Shown here: positions 54,076 through 64,000 of the stretch, one piece after another
How the letters are laid out: every line of letters begins with the position of its first letter
Position numbering within the stretch: the first letter of the stretch is position 1
Assembly (NCBI GenBank): GCA_050949255.1
Contig: JBMNFJ010000016.1
Span: 12,665 to 76,664, forward strand
Reading direction: 5' to 3'
From: Caldicoprobacterales bacterium
GTDB taxonomy: Bacteria > Bacillota > Clostridia > Caldicoprobacterales > UBA3941
DNA length: 64,000 nt
Program-made: the position numbers and the translations under genes
The notes under the pieces: model-generated
Databases searched by the model: none
Told to the model about the DNA's origin: nothing
The model's input: only the letters and a program-made list of their open reading frames with translations

Positions 54076-55752
54076 CTAGATCTCTATACTCTTGTAGCGA
54101 AAGTTGGCCAGGGAAAACAATCCATATATAGAAGGCACCAGTAATACTACAATAATTAAGGCCAGGATTCCATAAACCCAAAATTCACCGATCTGGGCGG
54201 ATATAAGGATGATAGAAGCAATAGCTATTACAGTAATAACTAGGAGAGCTATCAATAGGCTGAAAAATGCATTGAGGTTTTGCTTTATGGCCTCCTGGGG
54301 ATCATTCCATGATAGCTTTGGTCGTAGGAGATCAACTATAAGACCTAGCACATTAATAAGTCCAGTGGCCAAGAACCCCAATATGATTAGGATCGTCAAA
54401 TGCAGTAATGGGATGGCTACAACTATAAAAAGGGGTATAGCAACTATAATTAGTCCCAATAATGATAAGATGCTGCTATGGATGAGTTTTGCCAGGACCT
54501 GATCTTTTGGAGGTGTCGGTATAACCTTAGAAATCCAAAAAGTAGCACCCTCTCTGGAAATTGACGTACAGGAGACCATGTTTATACTGGAAGTAAACAG
54601 CATTATGCCAAGGGAGATCAGTATGACTATAAGGGAATATTCAGGATCCCTTGCATAGTTAAGGACCTGAGTCAATTCCTCGGAATTGGCTATTAAGGGC
54701 ATAAACATGAAGATCGGCACCATGATCATGCCCGCCAAGCCGTTCATCACATAGACGGGGGTGCGCATGAATAGTTTCCACTCCCTTTTCAGAAGAGCGA
54801 GGATGGGTGAGGAGGTTCTATTAATATGTTTTTGAATATCCCCTTTTGAAATAGCCGTGTTCTTACGTCTAATCTCCTGGCCTGTCAGGTAACCCTTATA
54901 GAAGAAGTAGTTGCCTATCCAATAGAGTAAAACTACCAATAATAGCGAGAGGCCAACAAAGAGCAGGAAGTAGCCCCACCCTTGCCATTCCCGGTAGGTT
55001 AAGGCCAAGGTAGCCCATATGCTGGGAGGGAATTTGTTGCCGATAGCTTCGATAAGTCCGGTATTGCTCTCTATCATGTGCCTTATGACCTCTTCTTCGC
55101 TACCCTGAGGAAGGTTCAGAGAAAAGAAGTTTATTCCCAAACCCACCATGAGCGCCAAAAGGCTCCCGATTATTACCATGATATCCTTGCCTTTTCGAAT
55201 ATTTATAAAACGCATTAGCAGAACAACGATCAGGGCGGCAATAACCAAGGGTAGTATAGGTGCCATAAGTATCAGAATTGATCCCTTAAGCCAGTATAGT
55301 ATACCCTGCCAGGAGCCTGCACCATATATAATAAATGCGGGAAGAAGCATTGGAAGGGCTATTAGATACTCGCTTAGCAAAATGGTAATAAACTTCACCC
55401 CTAGGACTTCTCCAGGTTTTATGGGCAGAGGGATAAGGATGCTCATATCGTTGGAAAAATAAAAAACCGATATAATGTAGAATATACCAAAGATCAGTAT
55501 GATCAACTGTGATGCTACAAAGGAAAGGGTGATGACTATCTCAGGATGGCCCAGTGACTGTCCTGCCATAAAAACGGCCAGAAGAAAGAAGCTATACATA
55601 GCTAAGATGCTGCCGCCTCCTACTAATATGGCAATAATTATGGCAATAGGTTCCCAGAGGCGGTTTTTTTCCTTTGTAAAGCGATATTTTAGGGAAGAGA
55701 TACCAAAATGGACATTGAGATTTGCTTTTAAAAGGGAAATAAAGGTTCTCAT
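54076..55752 (-). CDS. Large multi-pass membrane protein, putative ABC exporter permease
   Basis: 558 aa and highly hydrophobic. ATGA overlap with the upstream ATPase gene. Confidence 0.65.
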   Translation of the reverse strand: MRTFISLLKANLNVHFGISSLKYRFTKEKNRLWEPIAIIIAILVGGGSILAMYSFFLLAVFMAGQSLGHPEIVITLSFVASQLIILIFGIFYIISVFYFSNDMSILIPLPIKPGEVLGVKFITILLSEYLIALPMLLPAFIIYGAGSWQGILYWLKGSILILMAPILPLVIAALIVVLLMRFINIRKGKDIMVIIGSLLALMVGLGINFFSLNLPQGSEEEVIRHMIESNTGLIEAIGNKFPPSIWATLALTYREWQGWGYFLLFVGLSLLLVVLLYWIGNYFFYKGYLTGQEIRRKNTAISKGDIQKHINRTSSPILALLKREWKLFMRTPVYVMNGLAGMIMVPIFMFMPLIANSEELTQVLNYARDPEYSLIVILISLGIMLFTSSINMVSCTSISREGATFWISKVIPTPPKDQVLAKLIHSSILSLLGLIIVAIPLFIVVAIPLLHLTILIILGFLATGLINVLGLIVDLLRPKLSWNDPQEAIKQNLNAFFSLLIALLVITVIAIASIILISAQIGEFWVYGILALIIVVLLVPSIYGLFSLANFRYKSIEI

Positions 55753-56471
55753 TGCTCTGTCAACTCCAAAAAGATATTCTCAAGAGAGCCGGCCTGATCG
55801 CCATGCCTTAGCTCATCCATACTCCCTATTGCTATCAGCTTGCCCTTATTAATGATACCGATCCGATCGCATAGCCTTTCGGCTACTTCTAATATATGAG
55901 TAGAAAAGAAGACCGTGTTACCGCGATCACAGTGTTTCCTCATATACTCCTTTAGAAGATGGGAAGATTTTGGGTCCAGTCCTACCATAGGTTCATCCAA
56001 TATCCATACGGCGGGATTATGAAGTAATGCCCCCGTCAAGACTATCTTTTGCTTCATACCATGAGAATAGCTCTTAATAAGATCCCCTACTGCATCGGTC
56101 AGATTGAACATATCGAGAAAATAATTAATACGTTCCCGTCTGTCCTCTACGGAAACCTTGTATACATCGGCCATTAAGTTAAGATACTCCATACCGGTTA
56201 ACCGATCATATACATCAGGGTTATCCGGTACATACCCAATATTTTGTTTGGCCTCCAATGGGTTTTTGGCGTTATCATATCCTGCGATACTTATAGTTCC
56301 TTTGTCAGGTATCAAGAGCCCCACCATCATTTTGATGGTCGTTGTCTTGCCAGCGCCGTTAGGACCCAAAAAACCAAATATCTCCCCGGGCTTAACATGG
56401 AGGTTCAGATCTTCTACTGCCTTAACCGCACCCTTGTTGTAGCTCTTGGAAAGGTTCTTAATCTCTATCAT
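55749..56471 (-). CDS. ABC transporter ATP-binding protein (ABC-2 type)
   Basis: GPNGAGKTT, YSHGMKQK, WILDEPMVGLD. Confidence 0.9.
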   Translation of the reverse strand: MIEIKNLSKSYNKGAVKAVEDLNLHVKPGEIFGFLGPNGAGKTTTIKMMVGLLIPDKGTISIAGYDNAKNPLEAKQNIGYVPDNPDVYDRLTGMEYLNLMADVYKVSVEDRRERINYFLDMFNLTDAVGDLIKSYSHGMKQKIVLTGALLHNPAVWILDEPMVGLDPKSSHLLKEYMRKHCDRGNTVFFSTHILEVAERLCDRIGIINKGKLIAIGSMDELRHGDQAGSLENIFLELTEQ

Positions 56472-56544
56472 GTCATCACTCCCTTAACTTTAGTAATTTT
56501 ATCATAGTTTTATACAAATTTCACCAGCGGATTTTTGGATTTAA

Positions 56545-56574
56545 TTGAAGGCTGAGTCTCTAGTATGCTATAAT
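56545..56574 (+). promoter_or_regulatory. Candidate galU promoter with extended -10
   Basis: TTGAAG, 18-nt spacer, TGcTATAAT (TATAAT at 56569-56574). Confidence 0.45.
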
Positions 56575-56620
56575 CGATAGTGTATAGAAAAATGTAAATT
56601 TTTTGATTGGAGTGTTTAAG

Positions 56621-57508
56621 TTGAGGATACGAAAGGCTATAATTCCGGCAGCTGGCCTGGGAACCCGGTTTCTGCCGGCAACCAAAGCACAACCCAAGGA
56701 GATGTTGCCGATAGTGGACAAGCCAACTATCCAATACATAATTGAAGAAGCGATTGATTCTGGAATTGAGAGCATAATAATAGTTACAGGGCGAAACAAA
56801 AGGTCCATCGAGGATCATTTCGATAGGTCTCTGGAATTGGAGGAAGCCCTGAAAAAAAGCAAGAACGAAGATTTGCTCAAGCTGGTTGACGATATATCCA
56901 ATATGGTAGATATCCATTATATCAGACAAAAAGAGCCTAAAGGTCTGGGACATGCCATAAGTTGTGCCAGTGCTTTTATTGGGAATGAGCCTTTCGCCGT
57001 ATTGCTGGGGGATGATATTGTGCATTCCGAGGTCCCCTGTTTAAAACAATTGATAGAGGTCTATGAGAAACATAAGGCTACCATAATAGGCTGTCAATTC
57101 GTAGACCATAATCAAGTGGACAAATATGGCATAGTAGACGGAATATCCGTAGAGAAAGATCTATATAAGGTGAAGCATTTGGTGGAGAAGCCAAGGATAG
57201 AAGAGGCGCCCTCAAACCTTGCAATCCTGGGCAGGTACATAATTAGCCCCAACATTTTTAAACATCTGGAGGAGACCCAACCTGGTGCCGGTGGGGAGAT
57301 CCAACTCACCGATGCATTGAGAGCTTTAGCCATGGAGGAGGATATGTACGCCTTTAATTTCCAGGGCAAACGCTATGATGTGGGTAATAAGCTGGGATAC
57401 TTGCAAGCTACTATGGAATTCGCTCTGCGTAATCCGGAGTTGAGGGATGATTTTAAGGCTTATATCCAAGACTTAATAGATACTGATCTGTTTATCAGAG
57501 GAGAATAG
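56621..57508 (+). CDS. galU: UTP-glucose-1-phosphate uridylyltransferase
   Basis: RKAIIPAAGLGTRFLPATKAQPKEMLPIVDKP signature. TTG 56621 lies 9 nt after GGAG. Confidence 0.9.
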   Translation: MRIRKAIIPAAGLGTRFLPATKAQPKEMLPIVDKPTIQYIIEEAIDSGIESIIIVTGRNKRSIEDHFDRSLELEEALKKSKNEDLLKLVDDISNMVDIHYIRQKEPKGLGHAISCASAFIGNEPFAVLLGDDIVHSEVPCLKQLIEVYEKHKATIIGCQFVDHNQVDKYGIVDGISVEKDLYKVKHLVEKPRIEEAPSNLAILGRYIISPNIFKHLEETQPGAGGEIQLTDALRALAMEEDMYAFNFQGKRYDVGNKLGYLQATMEFALRNPELRDDFKAYIQDLIDTDLFIRGE

Positions 57509-57537
57509 CATATAATCTATTTTAACGAGGTGAAGCT

Positions 57538-59268
57538 ATGGAATTTAAGTTAAGATATCAACGGTGGCTTGATAGCCCCATAATTGATAATGAAACAAAA
57601 GAGGAATTAAGATCTATTTCCGGCAACGAGAAGGAGATCGAGGATCGTTTTTATAAAAATCTGGAGTTTGGAACCGGTGGATTGCGGGGTGTGATAGGTG
57701 CAGGATCCAATCGGATGAACTTATATACCGTGGGAATGGCAACTCAAGGCTTTGCCAACTATATCAAGGAACAAGGCAAGGATGCTATGAACAGGGGCGT
57801 AGTAATCGCCTATGATTCCAGAAGGATGTCACGGGAATTTGCAGAAAGGGTAGCCTTGGTACTAAACGGTAATGGAATTAAGACCTTCCTGTACAGTGAA
57901 CTTCAGCCTACCCCCATATTATCCTTTTCAGTAAGGGAGCTGGGTGCAATTGCCGGGGTGGTTATAACCGCCAGCCACAACCCGCCGGAGTATAACGGCT
58001 ACAAGGTCTATTGGGAAGATGGAGCCCAGATAACCCTTGGGCGAGCCAACGATATAATTCAGGAGATCGACAAGATACAGGATTTTGATGAGATTAAGGA
58101 TATACCCAGGGAAGTGGCATTAAAGGAAGGCCTCCTTAATATAATAGGTGAGGAAGTCCTGGAAAAGTATTTTGATAAGGTGAAGAACCTGATCCACAAC
58201 CCCTCTCTAATAGAGAAAATGGACGACAGCATTAGTATCATATATACCCCCCTTCATGGGTCCGGAAATAAACCTGTTCGCAGGGCGTTGAAAATGGCAG
58301 GGTTTAAAAATGTCACCGTTGTAACTGAACAAGAATTACCGGATCCCGAGTTCTCTACAGTAGGCTATCCAAACCCTGAGGAAGAGCGGGTCTTCGAGTT
58401 AGCCATAGGGATGGCCAAGGCCCGGAACAATGAGACCGATATAATCATAGGTACCGATCCGGATTGTGACAGGGTAGGCGTGGTAGCTAAGAATGCATCA
58501 GGGGAATATGTGATGTTGACAGGCAACCAGATAGGTGCCTTGTTGACGGATTACATATTAGGAGCCAGGAAACGGGCAGACAAGTTACCGCAGAACGGTA
58601 CCATTATAAAGACCATTGTAACCAGTAGGATGGGCGAAAGAATAGCTCAGGCTTACGGTGTAGGCGTTATTGATACTCTTACGGGTTTTAAATTCATAGG
58701 CGAAAAGATCAAAGAATTTGAAGAGACTGGCAGCCATACATATCTGTTTGGGTACGAAGAAAGTTATGGGTACCTGGCGGGTGACTTTGTCAGGGACAAG
58801 GATGGGGTTTCTTCTTCCATGCTTATCTGTGAAATGGCAGCCTATTACAAGTCCAAGGGTATGACCCTGCATGATGCATTAATTGACCTATGGAACAAAT
58901 ATGGATATTTCTATGAGGAACTTAGATCCATTGAGATGGAAGGTAAAGAGGGGATGGAACGGATCCAGGAATTGATGGGTGATTTTAGAAATGATCCACC
59001 CAAGGAGCTGGCTGGGATCAGGATATCCGTTATTGATGATTATATGGACAGCAAAAGCTATAATCTAAAAACGGAAACCACATCTACTATAGAGTTACCT
59101 GTTTCCGATGTCTTGAGATATACCCTGGAGGATGGGTCTTGGTTTGCCATTCGTCCCTCCGGAACCGAACCAAAGGTAAAGTTATATTTCTCTACTATCG
59201 GTAGTGATATGGAAGAGGCCAAGGACAAGATGAGGAACCTGGTGGATGCCGTTTATGCCAGAATATAA
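57538..59268 (+). CDS. pgcA: Phosphoglucomutase/phosphomannomutase (PgcA-type)
   Basis: Active-site loop TASHNPPEYNGYK. 576 aa. Confidence 0.9.
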   Translation: MEFKLRYQRWLDSPIIDNETKEELRSISGNEKEIEDRFYKNLEFGTGGLRGVIGAGSNRMNLYTVGMATQGFANYIKEQGKDAMNRGVVIAYDSRRMSREFAERVALVLNGNGIKTFLYSELQPTPILSFSVRELGAIAGVVITASHNPPEYNGYKVYWEDGAQITLGRANDIIQEIDKIQDFDEIKDIPREVALKEGLLNIIGEEVLEKYFDKVKNLIHNPSLIEKMDDSISIIYTPLHGSGNKPVRRALKMAGFKNVTVVTEQELPDPEFSTVGYPNPEEERVFELAIGMAKARNNETDIIIGTDPDCDRVGVVAKNASGEYVMLTGNQIGALLTDYILGARKRADKLPQNGTIIKTIVTSRMGERIAQAYGVGVIDTLTGFKFIGEKIKEFEETGSHTYLFGYEESYGYLAGDFVRDKDGVSSSMLICEMAAYYKSKGMTLHDALIDLWNKYGYFYEELRSIEMEGKEGMERIQELMGDFRNDPPKELAGIRISVIDDYMDSKSYNLKTETTSTIELPVSDVLRYTLEDGSWFAIRPSGTEPKVKLYFSTIGSDMEEAKDKMRNLVDAVYARI

Positions 59269-59304
59269 TGCCGTATACTTAAAACTAGAGCGGAGGCGAC
59301 AGCT

Positions 59305-60021
59305 ATGCGTGACACTTTTTTGTTTGACCTGGACGGAACATTGCTGCCCTTTGATATAGATGAGTTTATCCAGATCTATTTTAGGGAGATGGGCAAGCAC
59401 TTTCATGATATGATAGATGGAGAATTGCTGGCAGAGTATATAATGACATCTACAGAGGCTATGATAAAAAACCTTGAGCCATTGTCCAATGAGGAAAAAT
59501 TCATGTTGCACTTTTCAAAACTCGTTGGGGAGGATGATTTGGCGGTATATAAGTCCAGGTTTGACCAATTCTATGATGATAAATTTGACCTGGTCAGAGA
59601 ATGTGTAGTCCATGTTCCGGAAATTGTGGAAAGCATAGAAGTATTAAAGGATAAGGGATATGAGTTGGTAGTCGCTACCAACCCCATATTCCCTGTTAAG
59701 GCCATACATAAGCGAATAGAATGGGCTGGTCTTGATATCGATGACTTTTCCTATATCTCCTGTTATGAAAAAAATACCTTTTGCAAGCCCAATATACAAT
59801 TCTACCAGGAAGTACTGGATGCTATCGGAAAGGGACCGGAGAATTGTTATATGGTGGGCAATGATGTACAGGAGGACCTAATAGCCGGTGAGCTGGGTAT
59901 AGAAACCTATTTGATAACAGACTATTTAATAGATAGAAATAATGGTGATATTGAAAGTACCTATAAGGGTAACTACCAGGATTTTTATGAATTCGTTAAA
60001 GGTTTAGAGGCAATTGCCTGA
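59305..60021 (+). CDS. HAD-superfamily hydrolase
   Basis: FLFDLDGTLL (DxDGT) motif I and a late GNDVQED motif. Confidence 0.8.
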   Translation: MRDTFLFDLDGTLLPFDIDEFIQIYFREMGKHFHDMIDGELLAEYIMTSTEAMIKNLEPLSNEEKFMLHFSKLVGEDDLAVYKSRFDQFYDDKFDLVRECVVHVPEIVESIEVLKDKGYELVVATNPIFPVKAIHKRIEWAGLDIDDFSYISCYEKNTFCKPNIQFYQEVLDAIGKGPENCYMVGNDVQEDLIAGELGIETYLITDYLIDRNNGDIESTYKGNYQDFYEFVKGLEAIA

Positions 60022-60070
60022 CTCACAGCAAATCAGGTCTATAGAGACCGGAAAAAGGGAGGGGGAACGG

Positions 60071-61549
60071 ATGAGTACATTGGACTTACTGGCCTTTGAT
60101 CTTGGTGCCAGCAGCGGAAGAGGTATTTTGGGAAGGTTTGACGGTAAGAAACTTATTATGGAGGAACTCCATAGGTTTTCCAACGACCCTGTTGAAGTAG
60201 GGGGACGTCTCTATTGGGATGTATTAAGACTTTTTTGGAATATGCAAAATACCCTTCTAAAGTATAGAACCCAGGAAAAGGGCAGCCTTTCATCTCTGGG
60301 TATCGATACCTGGGGCGTGGATTATGGGTTATTGGATAAGGACGGAGATCTGTTGGGCAACCCATATCACTATAGGGATAACCGTACAGAGGGGATGATG
60401 GAGGAAGCCTTTAGCAGAATGCCAAGGGAGGAGATTTTTCAAAAAACAGGTATCGCCTTTCAAAAGTTTAATACCCTTTATCAATTGTTGTCTATGGTAA
60501 GCCAAAAGCCGGATATGTTGGACAGAGCAGAGACACTGCTCTTTATGCCTGATCTTTTGGCTTATTTTCTATCCGGAGAGAAGGCTACCGAGTTTACCGA
60601 AGCCAGTACAGGACAACTGTTGGATGCAAGGACTGGTGATTGGTGTGATGAACTCTTGAAGGCTATGTCAATACCCAGGGAAATTTTTACACATATCCAG
60701 CAACCTGGCAGTTTAAGGGGCATGATAAGGCCAGAACTGGCACGAAACCTCGGGATTGACAGTATACCTATCATTGCAGTTGCAACTCATGATACCGGCT
60801 CTGCGGTGGCAGCCATTCCCAATACGGGAGAGAGCTATGCCTATTTAAGCAGCGGCACCTGGTCTCTTATGGGAGTAGAAGTTGATAAGCCCATTATAAA
60901 CAAGAAGACCCTTGAATGGAACTATACAAATGAAGGAGGTGTAGACGGTACCTATAGGCTCCTCAAAAACATCATGGGCCTCTGGATCATTCAAGAATGT
61001 AAAAGGGAGTGGGATCGCAGAGGTGAAGTCTACAGCTATGATCAGATGGCGGAAATGGCATCAACGGCTGTACCCTTTAGAGCCTTTATCGATCCGGATC
61101 ATGACAGCTTCTATAGCCCGGGGGATATGCCTAAAAAGATTCAAGAGTTCTGCAGGGATACAGGACAACAGGTTCCCGAATCCAAAGATCAGATAATAAG
61201 ATGCGTATTTGAAAGCCTGGCTATGAAATACCGCTGGTCCTTGGAAAAACTGGAGGGGATCATTGGTAAGAGGCTGGATGTTCTCCATATCGTGGGGGGA
61301 GGCGCCCAGAACAAACTCTTGAATCAGTTAACCGCCAACGCTATTTCCAGGCCGGTTATATGCGGTCCTGTTGAGGCAACCGCTATTGGCAATCTCATGG
61401 TTCAGGCCATGGCCTTAGGCGAGGTATCCAACCTGGGCGAAATACGTCAAGTGGTTAAAAGCTCCTTTCCTGCGGAGGATTATATGCCTCTGGACACTCA
61501 GATATGGGACAGTGCCTATGAGGAATTCCTAAAGTACAATCAGGAATAA
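60071..61549 (+). CDS. rhaB: Rhamnulokinase (FGGY family)
   Basis: FDLGASSGR, GIDTWGVDYGLLD, YRDNRT, FNTLYQL, SSGTWSLMG, TNEGG...YRLLKNIMGLW and HIVGGGAQNKLLNQ track E. coli RhaB closely. ATG 60071 follows AGGGAGGGGG. Confidence 0.85.
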   Translation: MSTLDLLAFDLGASSGRGILGRFDGKKLIMEELHRFSNDPVEVGGRLYWDVLRLFWNMQNTLLKYRTQEKGSLSSLGIDTWGVDYGLLDKDGDLLGNPYHYRDNRTEGMMEEAFSRMPREEIFQKTGIAFQKFNTLYQLLSMVSQKPDMLDRAETLLFMPDLLAYFLSGEKATEFTEASTGQLLDARTGDWCDELLKAMSIPREIFTHIQQPGSLRGMIRPELARNLGIDSIPIIAVATHDTGSAVAAIPNTGESYAYLSSGTWSLMGVEVDKPIINKKTLEWNYTNEGGVDGTYRLLKNIMGLWIIQECKREWDRRGEVYSYDQMAEMASTAVPFRAFIDPDHDSFYSPGDMPKKIQEFCRDTGQQVPESKDQIIRCVFESLAMKYRWSLEKLEGIIGKRLDVLHIVGGGAQNKLLNQLTANAISRPVICGPVEATAIGNLMVQAMALGEVSNLGEIRQVVKSSFPAEDYMPLDTQIWDSAYEEFLKYNQE

Positions 61550-61706
61550 CCTTATGTAAGAGCCACATATCATAAGAATTTTATATATAAGGGAAATGGT
61601 TTGTGCGTTGGGATCAATGGCGTTTGTCACCTTAAATCCATTGCTTGTATAGCTTGAGTTAATAAAATAGAACCCATTCATTGAAGTAATAAGAAAGGGT
61701 GGTAAA

Positions 61707-62090
61707 ATGGAAAATATACAGCCAGGCGGAGAGCGAATCTGGTATATACCAGATTGCTACTATCCGGAAAAGACTACCCAGGGACACTATGTAAGTCATG
61801 AGGCCATATGTGTTTTAAATACCGGCAAAGAAGATGCCAAGCTTGATATAATCCTATACTTTGAAGACCGGGAGCCAATGAAGGACTTTAAGGCAGAATG
61901 CAGGGCAGAGCGTACAAACCATATCCGCTTGGACGAAATAAGGGATGAAAAAGGTAACGGGATCCCCAAAGGGGTGCCATATGCAGTTATGGTTAAGAGC
62001 AATGTGCCCGTAATAGTGCAATACAGCCGGTTGGATACCACCCAGGCTGAACTGGGGTTGATGACGACCATGGCCTATCCTCTTAGATAG
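61707..62090 (+). CDS. ASRT-family protein (sensory rhodopsin transducer-like beta-sandwich)
   Basis: SHEAICVLNTGKEDAKLDIILYFEDREP...RTNHIRLDE...SNVPVIVQYSRLDTTQAE parallels Anabaena ASRT (SHETVCILNAGDEDAHVEITIYYSDKEP...SNVPIVVQHTRLDSRQAE) as I remember it. Confidence 0.7.
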   Translation: MENIQPGGERIWYIPDCYYPEKTTQGHYVSHEAICVLNTGKEDAKLDIILYFEDREPMKDFKAECRAERTNHIRLDEIRDEKGNGIPKGVPYAVMVKSNVPVIVQYSRLDTTQAELGLMTTMAYPLR

Positions 62091-62236
62091 GGTAAGTTAG
62101 TATAGTAAACATTACTGGTCAGTATGAATCAGGGGGAAGTAAGGTGTTTCGTATATTCCAATAGGATATGGAACACCAGACAAAATGGAAGATATTGGGG
62201 CGAGCATCATAGGGGTTGATACTCGCCCTTATTATG

Positions 62237-62896
62237 TTAGAATTCACGATTCTTGTATATACTCAAGGAGATTGAGTATGAAAATGATAGAAGTATCAAT
62301 GCTATGGCAGCCAGCATTGAAGCAATCTGCCAATCAGACCATGACGATAATTTCCTTATGATGTCATCGATGGCCGTACTGTACTCAGGATTTTTTAACA
62401 AGCTGACCACCCCCATCGGTATAAAAAAGAACAATAAAAATAGGACCATGTTGAACATCTTTGCCCTAAGATACCCAATCCTGAAGATTATTGGCAGATA
62501 GATGGAACTCATGAGGGATACCAGAAGAAGGCTTATGGTTATACCTTGTAGACTAAGAAATTCCACCCTTATAGGAATCTTTATGGCTGATACCAGGAGG
62601 GTGGCAACCATATAGGCCAGTACAGCGAGACCTAAGTACACAAATATGGATAAGTATTTGGCCAGGACTATTTCCTTTCTGGAAACAGGAAGGCTGTTAA
62701 GCATGATATCGGATTTATTCTTGTCTTCATATGCGAAGGAATACTGGATCAAAAGGTAGACTACAGCCGTTGTTGCGGCGACAGGAGTTACCCCCTCCAT
62801 GGTTTGAAAGGCAAAAACTAAGAAAAAACAGTAGCCCAGGGCAAAGAGTAAGGTTTTTTTCTGTACTAATATATCCTTAATGATTAGATTGAGCAT
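62237..62896 (-). CDS. ABC-2 type transporter permease
   Basis: Start CAT at 62894-62896 after GGGGGA on the minus strand. Six hydrophobic segments. 20-nt overlap with the upstream ATPase gene. Confidence 0.75.
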   Translation of the reverse strand: MLNLIIKDILVQKKTLLFALGYCFFLVFAFQTMEGVTPVAATTAVVYLLIQYSFAYEDKNKSDIMLNSLPVSRKEIVLAKYLSIFVYLGLAVLAYMVATLLVSAIKIPIRVEFLSLQGITISLLLVSLMSSIYLPIIFRIGYLRAKMFNMVLFLLFFFIPMGVVSLLKNPEYSTAIDDIIRKLSSWSDWQIASMLAAIALILLSFSYSISLSIYKNREF

Positions 62897-63755
62897 ATTG
62901 ATTCCCCCTAACTGTATATAGCATGATATCCTCAAGACTGGGTTTATCTATGACTATATTATCCTTGAACAGGTTGCGGGCTTTGTCCCTGTCGTCAACC
63001 AATCCTTCAAATCCGAAATTGTTTTTACGGATACCTATAAAGGCTTTTTGGGTATATTCATTCAATAAATCCGTGCCCCCTTTTACGATACCGTAATTGT
63101 CCAGGATGTCATCTTTAGCAGCCGACAGGATTATTGATCCATCGTGGATAAAGGTTACATAGTCTGCCACCTTATCTAGATCTGAAGTTATATGGGTGGA
63201 AAAGAACACGCTTTTATTTTCATCCTGTATCAAATCACTCAATATATCCAATAGCTCGCTGCGAACGATGGGATCGAGTCCGGAAGTCGGCTCATCCATA
63301 ATAAGGAGTTCCGGATCATGAGATAGGGCTATGGTCAGGGAATATTTCATTTTCATTCCTTTTGACAGCTCTTTTATCCTTTTATTGGCAGGGAGTTTAA
63401 AGATCTTCATATATTTATCAAATAGTTTATCGCTCCACGATTTGTAGAAAGGGGCTATGATGTACTTCATTTCATGGAGGGTTAATTCCTCATAGAAATG
63501 GTTTTCATCATATACAAAACCAATACGATTCTTGATTTCCTTTTCATGCTTGATATGGTCCTTACCAAAGATATTGATCTGTCCGCCCTCCTTTTTTAGT
63601 AAATTCATGATTAGCTTTATGGTGGTGCTCTTTCCAGCACCATTGGGACCTATAAATCCCATGATATAGCCTCTGGGAAGCGTGAAGCTTATATCGTTCA
63701 GGGTAAAGTTCTTAAAACTTTTCTGCAGTTTTTTCACTTCTAAAATGTTTTTCAT
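62877..63755 (-). CDS. ABC transporter ATP-binding protein (YtrB-like)
   Basis: GPNGAGKST, LSKGMKMK, LIMDEPTSGLD. Confidence 0.9.
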   Translation of the reverse strand: MKNILEVKKLQKSFKNFTLNDISFTLPRGYIMGFIGPNGAGKSTTIKLIMNLLKKEGGQINIFGKDHIKHEKEIKNRIGFVYDENHFYEELTLHEMKYIIAPFYKSWSDKLFDKYMKIFKLPANKRIKELSKGMKMKYSLTIALSHDPELLIMDEPTSGLDPIVRSELLDILSDLIQDENKSVFFSTHITSDLDKVADYVTFIHDGSIILSAAKDDILDNYGIVKGGTDLLNEYTQKAFIGIRKNNFGFEGLVDDRDKARNLFKDNIVIDKPSLEDIMLYTVRGNQYAQSNH

Positions 63756-63757
63756 AC

Positions 63758-64000
63758 TTAAGCCTCCTTGTACAATTGATGCAGCAGCTTACTTAGTTCT
63801 TCACAGGAAATGTCCAAGGATTTGGCCGTTAAAACTGCTTCTGCAAGTTTTTCTTCTACGATGGCCAATCCTTTTTTTCTCAATAACTCCCTATTTTGAA
63901 CAGCAACAAAGGAACCCCTACCGGGCGCCGTCTCAATGAAACCCTCTCTTTCCAATTCTTCATAGGCCCTTTTAGTCGTAATGACGCTTATATGAAGTTC
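63758..64000 (-). CDS. GntR-family (YtrA-subfamily) transcriptional regulator; N-terminus beyond window edge
   Basis: The frame stays open to base 64000. It encodes ...TTKRAYEELEREGFIETAPGRGSFV plus a short C-terminal helix region, directly upstream of the ABC ATPase/permease pair. Confidence 0.8.
   Translation of the reverse strand, partial: ELHISVITTKRAYEELEREGFIETAPGRGSFVAVQNRELLRKKGLAIVEEKLAEAVLTAKSLDISCEELSKLLHQLYKEA

Noticed and set aside
1-64000. Scan for tRNA T-loop signatures (GGTTCGAATCC-like), rRNA, CRISPR repeat arrays, IS terminal repeats with transposase, and integrases.
   Set aside because: Nothing convincing was seen by eye. The only GGTTCGAA-like string (about 11338) is inside a coding region with no cloverleaf context. 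An exhaustive computational scan was not possible.

Overview
This 64-kb segment looks like chromosome from a moderate-GC Gram-positive anaerobe, probably Clostridia-like. Supporting signs are GGAGG-type RBSs, frequent TTG/GTG starts, AddAB rather than RecBCD, ComEC and rubrerythrin. I call about 49 protein genes. I recognised no rRNA, tRNA, CRISPR array, transposase, integrase or prophage block.

Gene content in order:
- gnd-gntK-eda-kdgK gluconate/KDG genes
- a tightly packed sugar-acid cluster (SDR, HpcH-type aldolase, ManD-type dehydratase, 2-hydroxyacid dehydrogenase)
- an unusual hexuronate-type operon: LarA-like enzyme, uxaB, uxaA, then URO-D-like, C-N hydrolase, URO-D-like
- a second Eda fused to a VOC-like domain, behind a long leader
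- addB-addA
- an LplABC-type sugar ABC importer with a GH2 hydrolase and a LacI regulator
- a BmrCD-like heterodimeric ABC exporter preceded by a 39-codon leader ORF and terminator hairpins
- a split ChrA pair and a frameshifted CapA-like lipoprotein gene
- comEC, pgi, rubrerythrin and a short RecQ
- two ABC-2 exporter modules
- galU, pgcA, rhaB and an ASRT-family protein

The best candidate for undescribed biology is the 10.7-18.9 kb operon. There a LarA-superfamily enzyme, apparently nickel-pincer dependent, and a URO-D/C-N-hydrolase/URO-D trio are grafted onto uxaB-uxaA.

All calls come from reading the ORF translations and the DNA by eye. Family assignments rest on remembered motifs and no searches were run.
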